A stretch of DNA of 64,000 bases from an uncultured Actinomycetes bacterium (GTDB taxonomy: Bacteria; Actinomycetota; Coriobacteriia; Coriobacteriales; Atopobiaceae): contig OMWB01000010.1 of NCBI GenBank assembly GCA_900314645.1, positions 4,893 to 68,892 of the forward strand. The letters run 5' to 3'. The translations under genes and the position numbers were made by a program. This document shows positions 17,038 to 24,069 of the stretch, one piece after another (the stretch's first letter is position 1; each line of letters starts with the position of its first letter). The notes under the pieces are model-generated. The model saw only the letters and a list, made by a program, of their open reading frames with translations. It was not told the origin of the DNA and did no database searches.

Positions 17038-17408
17038 CTACTGCGAATGTTGACAAAAACCGCCTGTTTTCGGTCAACATCAGCTGGGGCTGAGCGTGGA
17101 GGTGGAACGCCATTGCGTTTCGTGCCACTCTCGAGGTCCTGCCTGGAACCTTATTCCGCTTGGTGCCACTGTCCGAGCCCTATCTGGAACACTATTGCGT
17201 TTCGTACCACCGTTTCGGCCCTCAATCCGTGGTACCAAACTGAATACCGTTCCAGCGCCCACCCCAGCAGTGGTACCAAACTGAATACCGTTCCAGCGCC
17301 CACCCCAGCAGTGGTACCAAACTGAATACCGTTCCAGCGCTCAATTGCCCTGCACGCATCCAGCTCATTCGGACGTTTCCCGGCGCCTTTTGGTCCGATT
17401 GGGCTGGG
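17038..17408. repeat. Composite: M unit, family A mirror array (3 direct plus 3 inverted 26-bp units, period 41 bp), F hairpin
   Basis: M unit at 17038-17086. Direct units at 17103, 17144 and 17185. Inverted units at 17229, 17270 and 17311. F hairpin at 17362-17408. Confidence 0.8.
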
Positions 17409-17411
17409 CCG

Positions 17412-18278
17412 TTAGCGCTGCGGCAGGGGGATCATCACTATGGCGGTGAACACCCCGTTGCGCTCCTCAAACTGGGTAATCCCGCCGTGCCCTCGGGCGA
17501 TGTTCGTCACGATGTCGGTGCCCCATCCATGCTCGCGAAGCAGGCCGCCACGTCGGGCCGCGCCTCGCGCCTTCGCGGCCTCCGCACGGCAGGGATTGGC
17601 CACCTCGACATACAGCTGCCCCGCCTGCACCATGGAACTCACGCGCACGGTGGGGAGACTCTCAACCTCGCTGCCCTCCAGCATCGCTTCGCACTCGTGC
17701 AGCGCATTGTCGATGAGGTTGAAGAACACGGCGGCAACCTCAACATCAGGCAGCGGCAGCTCTTCAGGCAGCTTGACGTGGTGCTCAAACCCCACGCCCG
17801 CTTCGTGGCACTGGCGCTCCTTGGTCTCCAGTACCGCGGCGACTGGCACGTTATCGCAGTAAACCGTGCGCGTCTGAGACGCAATGTCCAACCCTTGCCG
17901 CAGGTGCGCGCTGGCGTCCCCGGCCTGACCCTGGTTGAGTGCCTCGCGTGCGCGGGCAAGCTCCTGGTCGACGGCACGTCCTACCTCCCGGGCGAGCGTC
18001 TGCTCGCGCTCCGTGGTGATGCGGTAGCTCTCCAGCGACCGCTCAAGCTGCGTGCTGACATCGGCGGCGTAGGCGGCCTCGGCGCGCTGCAGCGCCGCGA
18101 ACAGGTACTGCACGACGCCGGCGTCGATGACGGCAACGCCCACCGCGGCGGCAAGCGTGACGACGAGGTCGAGCGTTCGCGAGTCCTCGGGCGCTAGCGC
18201 GTGCCAATACCAGAGCAACGCAAGCTGGAGGGCATAAAACGCGCAGGTCAGCGCGATGATGACGCGGCGTCTGTTCAC
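17412..18278 (-). CDS. 2-TM protein with a long helical linker (H-box histidine absent) and a C-terminal GHKL ATPase domain of the AgrC/SpoOB-type kinase class
   Basis: N-box FFNLIDNALHE and G-box REHGWGTDIVTNIARGHGG. The linker ...LAREVGRAVDQELARAREALNQGQAGDASAHL aligns with the DHp of the three upstream paralogues but has no His at the H-box position. Its GTG start overlaps the upstream stop (GTGA). Confidence 0.75.
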   Translation of the reverse strand: MNRRRVIIALTCAFYALQLALLWYWHALAPEDSRTLDLVVTLAAAVGVAVIDAGVVQYLFAALQRAEAAYAADVSTQLERSLESYRITTEREQTLAREVGRAVDQELARAREALNQGQAGDASAHLRQGLDIASQTRTVYCDNVPVAAVLETKERQCHEAGVGFEHHVKLPEELPLPDVEVAAVFFNLIDNALHECEAMLEGSEVESLPTVRVSSMVQAGQLYVEVANPCRAEAAKARGAARRGGLLREHGWGTDIVTNIARGHGGITQFEERNGVFTAIVMIPLPQR

Positions 18279-19168
18279 TGTTCTTCTCCCATAAGTGTCT
18301 GTGCCTGAAGCTGAAGGCGCGCAAGATACTGGTCGGCGTCAGCGAAGCGCCCCTGCGCTGCCAGGCCCTCAACCACCTCCACCTGGTTTGCGATGTCGTG
18401 CCGCAGGCGGCTCATCTCCGTCGTGCGGCGGACCGAAGCCTCTATCTCGCCACGCACGTGCCGCTCCTGGCGGGCCATAGCCGCGTTGTCCGTGGCCTTG
18501 CGCGCGGCCATGGCTTCCCGTCGCGCAACGAAGATGAGGCCAGCGCAGATCGCCAGCGTGATGACGGAACACGCGAGGAGGAGCACGGGGATCGTTGCCT
18601 CATGGAGCTCCAAGGCGTTGCGCCTCACGTACAGCAGGTTGAGGAAGAGGTACGTGACCAGCGGAAGGACGATGACCGGCGGTTCCATGGTGACGTCCCG
18701 CTCATGATCGAGGTACCCGCAGAGCATGATCAGCGCCTCGTTCACGGCGATGGACAGCACGATGAGCAGGGAAAACACGGTCACCACCGAGCCGATGGTC
18801 TCGCGGTTGAGTTCGGAAGGGAAGATTTGCCCGCCCGAGATGAAGCTGTAGGTTGACCCGCCGACGTACTCGGTCACTATCGCGCCGAGACAGATGAGGC
18901 AGATCCTGACAAGGCGGGAGCGGACGGTTCCCGTCGAAAGACCTAGAGGCAAGGCGATGAGCATGGTGATCGAGGTCACGAAGCTGAGCAAACCGATGAC
19001 GATCTTGGAAAAGGGGAGGTACTTGATGAAGAAGCCAAAGCAAAAGAGGGCCAGGTGAAGAATGACGAAAAGCCTGACCGACCGCATGCGGAGGATTCTG
19101 TATGTCGCGCGCATGATGGGAAGCTCGACAAGAAGCGCGAGGAAGAAATGGAGGGCGACGTAGGTCAT
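18275..19168 (-). CDS. Polytopic (6-7 TM) sensor protein with H-box/DHp helices but no ATPase domain (paralogue 3)
   Basis: The C-terminus ARQERHVRGEIEASVRRTTEMSRLRHDIANQVEVVEGLAAQGRFADADQYL fits the SpoOB/AgrC-type phosphoacceptor helix (RHDxxN...G.....A..YL). The protein ends about 35 aa after the His. ATGA overlap with the upstream gene. Confidence 0.75.
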   Translation of the reverse strand: MTYVALHFFLALLVELPIMRATYRILRMRSVRLFVILHLALFCFGFFIKYLPFSKIVIGLLSFVTSITMLIALPLGLSTGTVRSRLVRICLICLGAIVTEYVGGSTYSFISGGQIFPSELNRETIGSVVTVFSLLIVLSIAVNEALIMLCGYLDHERDVTMEPPVIVLPLVTYLFLNLLYVRRNALELHEATIPVLLLACSVITLAICAGLIFVARREAMAARKATDNAAMARQERHVRGEIEASVRRTTEMSRLRHDIANQVEVVEGLAAQGRFADADQYLARLQLQAQTLMGEEQ

Positions 19169-20049
19169 CGGTCGCCTCCCAGCTTGCGTGCCTGGGCCTG
19201 CAGGCTCCGGAGGTACTGATCGGCCTCGGCGTAGCGTCCCTGTGCCGCGAGCTGCTCGACCACCTCGACTTGGTTCGCAAGGTCATGCCGCAGGCGGCTC
19301 ATCTCCGTCGTGCGGCGGACCGAGGCCTCTATCTCGCCGCGCACGTGACGCTCCTGGCGAATGGAAGCGGCCTGGTTGGCAGATTGGCGAGAAGCCTGGG
19401 CATCCCGCTTTGCCACGCTGATGAGGGCGAGGCTGGCCACCAGAGAAACGAATGCGTAGGCCGCCGCAACGATGTAGATGCCTGCGCCACGGTTGGGAGC
19501 CGCGTCCACGCGAAAGACGAGGGGAATGTAGAACAGGAACGAGAGGACCATCATCAGCACGCCGGGAATCTCGATCTCAGCATCGGAGCCGTCATCAATG
19601 AGCCGGCAGGCAATGACGACCATCTCCTCCACCACGGCCGCGATGGGGATGATGGCGCAGTAGATGAGGCAGATCGTCCCAGTATCGCCAGTCGCAAGGG
19701 ATGTCTGCGAAAGCTGGATGCCGGGGTGGAGGAAGATGTAGAGGAAGTCTCCCACCCCCTCGAAGATGACCGTCGCGAGGTTCACCGCAGTCATCCTGAT
19801 GAGGCGTGAACGCAGGCGCCCGCGGGAGATAACGATCGGCAGCAGGAAGTTCGTCAGGATGTTGATGACGACGATTCGCGTCACGAATGGCGTGGGGGAG
19901 AGCGAGAGGTAGTAGCTCAGGCAAAAGCACCCCAGGTGGAGCCCCACATACAAGGGATACGAGCGCATGTCGAGCACCTTGCACATGGCCCGCATGATGA
20001 TGAGCTCGAGGATGAGGCTGAGCAGTACTTGAATGACCTTGAGCTCCAT
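19165..20049 (-). CDS. Polytopic sensor protein with H-box/DHp but no ATPase domain (paralogue 2)
   Basis: Same architecture: ...SRLRHDLANQVEVVEQLAAQGRYAEADQYLRSLQ. The TM region is strongly diverged from its neighbours. Confidence 0.75.
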   Translation of the reverse strand: MELKVIQVLLSLILELIIMRAMCKVLDMRSYPLYVGLHLGCFCLSYYLSLSPTPFVTRIVVINILTNFLLPIVISRGRLRSRLIRMTAVNLATVIFEGVGDFLYIFLHPGIQLSQTSLATGDTGTICLIYCAIIPIAAVVEEMVVIACRLIDDGSDAEIEIPGVLMMVLSFLFYIPLVFRVDAAPNRGAGIYIVAAAYAFVSLVASLALISVAKRDAQASRQSANQAASIRQERHVRGEIEASVRRTTEMSRLRHDLANQVEVVEQLAAQGRYAEADQYLRSLQAQARKLGGDR

Positions 20050-20052
20050 GCG

Positions 20053-20955
20053 CTACCCCCGCGTTCCCATGGAGGGGTGCTGGCCTCCCAGCTTGCGTGC
20101 CTGAGCCTGCAAGTCTTCGAGGTACTGGTCGGCCTCATCGTAGCGCCCCTGTGCCGCGAGCTGCTCGACCACCTCGACTTGGTTTGCGAGGTCGTGCCGC
20201 AGGCGGCTCATCTGCGTGGTGCGCTGGACCGAGGCCTCTATCTCGCCGCGCACGTGGCGTTCCTGGCGAGCCACGGCCACCTGGTCGGCCGCCAGGCGGG
20301 TGGCCTCTGCGTCACGGCGCGCGACGGCAAGCAGTGCCATGCAGCTTCCCAGCGTGCAAAGGCAACAGAGGAAGCACAGGAACGGTCCCATGAGGCTGTA
20401 CACGCCCGCATCGTTGGTTCGCATCAGAAGGGCATCAAACCCGACGAACATCACGAGCGAGAGAAAGATGACGGGCGGTTCGAGCATGGCGTCGCGGTCG
20501 CGGTCGATGCGCGCGTACAGGGTGATGATGAACTCCATGACGATGCTGGCGAAGAACGCAAGCAGGGAGTAGATGACCACCACGGAAGCTATCGTGTCCT
20601 GGTTGATCTCGCTGGGGAAGAACTCGCCGCCCGAGATGAGGTGGTAGGTGGATGCTCCAACGAACTCGGTCAAGAGTCCGCCGGCGATAACTAGGACGAT
20701 GCGCGAAAGGCGTGTGAGCGCTGGGCCTCGGGACATCACGAAGGGGACTATCACGTTGGTCGCGAGGAAGAGCGCAAGCCTTATGATTCCGTTAGTGCTC
20801 GGCAGGTACCTGAACAAGAAGGAGACGCAGTCGAAAAACAGGCGCAAGGCAATAAAACGCCAGACAGAGCGCATGTCGAGCACCTTGCACATCGCTCGGA
20901 TGAGGACCGCCTCAGGAATGAGCGCAACGAGAAAGTAAATGATGTCATACGTCAT
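20053..20955 (-). CDS. Polytopic sensor protein with H-box/DHp but no ATPase domain (paralogue 1, first gene of the operon)
   Basis: Same architecture: ...SRLRHDLANQVEVVEQLAAQGRYDEADQYLEDLQ. A 3-nt gap separates it from the next gene. Confidence 0.75.
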   Translation of the reverse strand: MTYDIIYFLVALIPEAVLIRAMCKVLDMRSVWRFIALRLFFDCVSFLFRYLPSTNGIIRLALFLATNVIVPFVMSRGPALTRLSRIVLVIAGGLLTEFVGASTYHLISGGEFFPSEINQDTIASVVVIYSLLAFFASIVMEFIITLYARIDRDRDAMLEPPVIFLSLVMFVGFDALLMRTNDAGVYSLMGPFLCFLCCLCTLGSCMALLAVARRDAEATRLAADQVAVARQERHVRGEIEASVQRTTQMSRLRHDLANQVEVVEQLAAQGRYDEADQYLEDLQAQARKLGGQHPSMGTRG

Positions 20956-21099
20956 GCGCGTTGTCCCTGCGTTCTTGTTGAGTGATACACCTCAAGCATG
21001 AAGTAGGGCGGGGCTAGGCGCAAGCTGGATTTGATGGAATAGGTCGATGGTGGCGAGGCGGTTCCGGGGGACGGCTGGTTGGACTGGCCGTGGGCCTCG

Positions 21100-21440
21100 A
21101 CTCTTGCTCATGTTGACCTGAATTGCCTGCTTTTGGTCAACATTCGCTGGAGGGGTGTGGAGCGCTGGAACGTTATTCGGTTTCGTACCGGTCTGTGGGG
21201 TTGGCTGGAATCCTATTCGGTTTGGTACCAATCTGTGGGGGGCTGGCTGGAACGTTATTCGGTTTGGTACCACTCTGAGGGGGCTCGCTGGAACGCTATT
21301 GCGTGTGGTACCACCGTTTCGGACCTCGGTCCGTGGTACCAAACGGAATGGCATTCCAGCCCCCGTTCCGGCCGTGGTACCAAATGGAATGGCATTCCAG
21401 CCCCCGCCCCGGCCGTGGCACCAAACGGAATGGCGTTCCA
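21100..21440. repeat. Composite: M unit plus family A mirror array (4 direct plus 3 inverted 26-bp units, period 40-42 bp)
   Basis: M unit at 21100-21150. Direct units at 21166, 21206, 21248 and 21289. Inverted units at 21333, 21374 and 21415. Confidence 0.8.
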
Positions 21441-21479
21441 GCACCACTCCAAAACCGGCAGTTTCCCCTGCGTCAGGGT

Positions 21480-21580
21480 GCTCGCTACAAAGCCCATCGC
21501 CCTTTGGACGCCTCCCTTGCAAAGCGACCTGCGGTTTCTGCAAAAATGGCGTCCAAAGGGAGATGGGCTTTGTAGCGAGC
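21480..21580. repeat. 33-bp inverted repeat (1 mismatch) with a 35-nt loop
   Basis: gctcgctacaaagcccatcgccctttggacgcc (21480-21512) and ggcgtccaaagggagatgggctttgtagcgagc (21548-21580). Confidence 0.75.
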
Positions 21581-22020
21581 CCATTCCGGCGTCAGTTTCG
21601 ACCCACTTCGGTGCTCGCTCGACGCGCGCGACCGTTCGCCAAAAGAGCGAACCTCTTGCGCACAGAGGCCGCCTGAAGGAGTAATATCCATCTTCCCGCG
21701 ATTGGCGCAGCAGCCGCCTATGCGGCACGCCAGCGAGAGCAGACTCGGCTGGACATTATGAATCGCATGTGATTGCGACAATCCATCAACGTGCGGCACC
21801 GCCAACATACGGTGTCGCGTTCGCAGGCCAGGCGGCTCCGCCGTCCGGTCCGGTGATCGCATACCACGTTGTGGCCGCAGGCGCGAGAGAGGAGGGCAAG
21901 AACGTCGCACGAGACAGGGCCCGCGACCCATTCAAACGAATACCTGGTACAGAGCCTAGTGGAGATGCCTGACCTCGGTTGGGCAAGCGAGAGAACGCGA
22001 GACGCAGCGAGAAGGGAACG

Positions 22021-22923
22021 ATGATGGACACGAAAACAGCGATTGCAAAGCTCAAGACCATATTCGAAGAGGACGAAGTCACTGAGTACAGCCCGGACGA
22101 CGTGGTGCTGAACGATGGCCCCGTATGTCAGTCGGGCGTTTTCTATACCAAGCCGGGTCCCCGCGGCGACGTGCTGTGGGCGGGGGACCTCCGCGAGCTG
22201 GATAGGGCATCCACGCAGGTGCCGCTGCTGGAGCTCGGCCAGCTGGCTGACATCACGTACGGCCACGAGGACGAGGAGGAGCTGCAGATCTACTTCCAGC
22301 TGGGGGGCATGGGCGTGCTCACGCACGAGATCTGCTGGTCGTACTGCGGGCGCGACTTTGAGACGCATAGGCCGCCGACCTCGAGCGTCACGATTACGTC
22401 GCTTGCGACCCATCGGGTGTACCACGGCGGCGACGGCGCGAGCCTGATGGCGGCCCTTGCGTACGGTCCGCATACGCCGAACGTGCAGATGGCCATCGAG
22501 TCTCAGTTCGAGAAGCACCTCTTTGGCATGCAGCATTGCCCGGACACCCAGGCGCTGGTGATGCTCGAGAAGTGCCTGCATTTCGACGCGCATGCGGGCG
22601 TGCCGCGCAGCGCCATGCAGTACGCGCTGCTGTACCTGCACGGAAGCGGGGAGGCGCGCCGCATCTTTATTCGCGACGTCGTGCTGCGCGAGGCGTTGGC
22701 ACTTGAGGGCGTTCCAGCGCTGATGGCCGAGTGCCTGGCGTACCGCTGCTATTGGCGCGGCAACTATGGCGAGACGTCGAAGGCGCTGCTCGATGCCGAG
22801 GGGCTGGTGATTGCGCAGGCCATGGGGAAGGAGTACGCCGTGGAGCACTTCGACTTCGAGGCGATTAACCGCGACCGCGTGGAGGAGGAGCCCGACTGGG
22901 GCGGGCTTTCGCTGGCAGATTAG
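22021..22923 (+). CDS. Conserved hypothetical protein, paralogue of 16142-17002
   Basis: ATG at 22021 after gaaggga. Its N-terminus MMDTKTAIAKLKTIFEEDEVTEY aligns with MEKSQAVAEIRTVFERDEIIEY of the other copy. Confidence 0.7.
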   Translation: MMDTKTAIAKLKTIFEEDEVTEYSPDDVVLNDGPVCQSGVFYTKPGPRGDVLWAGDLRELDRASTQVPLLELGQLADITYGHEDEEELQIYFQLGGMGVLTHEICWSYCGRDFETHRPPTSSVTITSLATHRVYHGGDGASLMAALAYGPHTPNVQMAIESQFEKHLFGMQHCPDTQALVMLEKCLHFDAHAGVPRSAMQYALLYLHGSGEARRIFIRDVVLREALALEGVPALMAECLAYRCYWRGNYGETSKALLDAEGLVIAQAMGKEYAVEHFDFEAINRDRVEEEPDWGGLSLAD

Positions 22924-23051
22924 CGAGGTGCGCGCCGTGGCTGCCCGCGGCGCGCACCCACAGCCCTCGGCTGATGCCGCGCTGGCCAACTTGTGGCAAG
23001 ATACTCCCTGCGAGTAAACGACACCAAGCGAGTCACGTAGATAGGAGAATC

Positions 23052-23903
23052 ATGGCACTCTTTGGCTCAACGACTGGCGAATCCGCCTCCAACCCCTTCA
23101 GCTTCCCCGAGCTGGAGAACGACACGCGCCATTACACCCACCGGCTCGGCAGCTTCGCGGTGCTCGAGCACGACCGCGACATCAGCGTGGCGCCGGACAA
23201 CGCGGTGGAGGAGTACTTCATGGCCAAGATGGGCGTCCGCAGGCGTCAGCTGGTCATCCGCCTCGAGGGTGGGAACACGGCCACCATTCAGTCTGGCGCC
23301 ATGCAGTGGATGCTCGGCGATATCGAGATGACCACGGGCATCAAGAGCGCGGGCGACCTCTTCGGCAAGATGGTGCGCGGCGCCGTGACCGGGGAGAAGG
23401 CCATCAAGCCCGTGTATCGTGGCAACGGCCTGATCGTGCTGGAGCCCACGCACAAGCACATCATCCTGCAGAACGTCGCGTCGTGGGGCGCCGGCGGCAT
23501 GGTGGTTGAGGACGGGATGTTCTTCGCGTCCGAGGGGACGGTCCAGCACCGGCTGGTCGCGCGCTCCACGGCGTCTTCGGCGTTTGCCGGCGGCGAGGGG
23601 TTCTTCAACCTGGCGCTTGCGGGTAATGGCGTGGTTGCGTTGGAGAGCAACGTGCCCTACGAGGAGCTTATTGCGATTGACCTCGTGGGCGATACGCTCA
23701 AGATTGATGGCCACATGGCGATTGCTTGGTCCGCGTCGCTCGACTTCACGGTGGAGCGCTCGGGCAAGTCGCTGATTGGCTCGGCTGCGTCGGGCGAGGG
23801 CCTGGTCAACGTGTACCGCGGTACGGGCAGGGTGCTGATGAGCCCGGTCGCGTCGAACTTCAGCCTTGGCGCGGCCACGCACAACGTGAGCGAGAAGCTG
23901 TAG
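23052..23903 (+). CDS. AIM24/DUF124-family protein
   Basis: GGNTATIQSGAMQWMLGDIEM...YRGNGLIVLEP...GGEGFFNLALAGNGVVALES...IAWSASLDFTVERSGKS...GEGLVNVYRGTGRVLMSP is the AIM24 pattern. RBS ataggag precedes the start. Confidence 0.65.
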   Translation: MALFGSTTGESASNPFSFPELENDTRHYTHRLGSFAVLEHDRDISVAPDNAVEEYFMAKMGVRRRQLVIRLEGGNTATIQSGAMQWMLGDIEMTTGIKSAGDLFGKMVRGAVTGEKAIKPVYRGNGLIVLEPTHKHIILQNVASWGAGGMVVEDGMFFASEGTVQHRLVARSTASSAFAGGEGFFNLALAGNGVVALESNVPYEELIAIDLVGDTLKIDGHMAIAWSASLDFTVERSGKSLIGSAASGEGLVNVYRGTGRVLMSPVASNFSLGAATHNVSEKL

Positions 23904-23921
23904 GGGCTGGGCTGCGGCTAC

Positions 23922-24046
23922 GGTGCCCGCACTTTGCGACGGTAGCGAGCCAAAACCGGCTCCTTAGCGTCGAGATCTGCGTTTGCCCGCAAAAAGCGAC
24001 GTTAACAGGGCTTTTTCGAGCGCTTAGCGTCGCGAACTGCGGGCAC
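23922..24046. repeat. Two tandem family H hairpin units between convergent genes
   Basis: ggtgcccgcactttgcgacggtagcgagc...gctccttagcgtcgagatctgcg, then gcccgcaaaaagcgacgttaacaggg...cgcttagcgtcgcgaactgcgggcac. Confidence 0.7.
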
Positions 24047-24069
24047 GGACGAGCACCGACCCAGCACCC

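Noticed and set aside
17103-21440. Possible CRISPR arrays (regularly spaced 26-bp repeats at 17103-17336 and 21166-21440)
   Set aside because: The spacers are only about 15 nt. Half of each array is the reverse complement of the other half, and the units are degenerate. No cas genes or leader are present.
20992-21931. ORFs running through repeat DNA: 5558-5788, 8463-8950, 17026-17325, 20992-21728, 21485-21931 and 41513-41958
   Set aside because: Their peptide periodicity simply mirrors the nucleotide repeats. Overlapping ORFs exist in several frames and on both strands, and none has an RBS.
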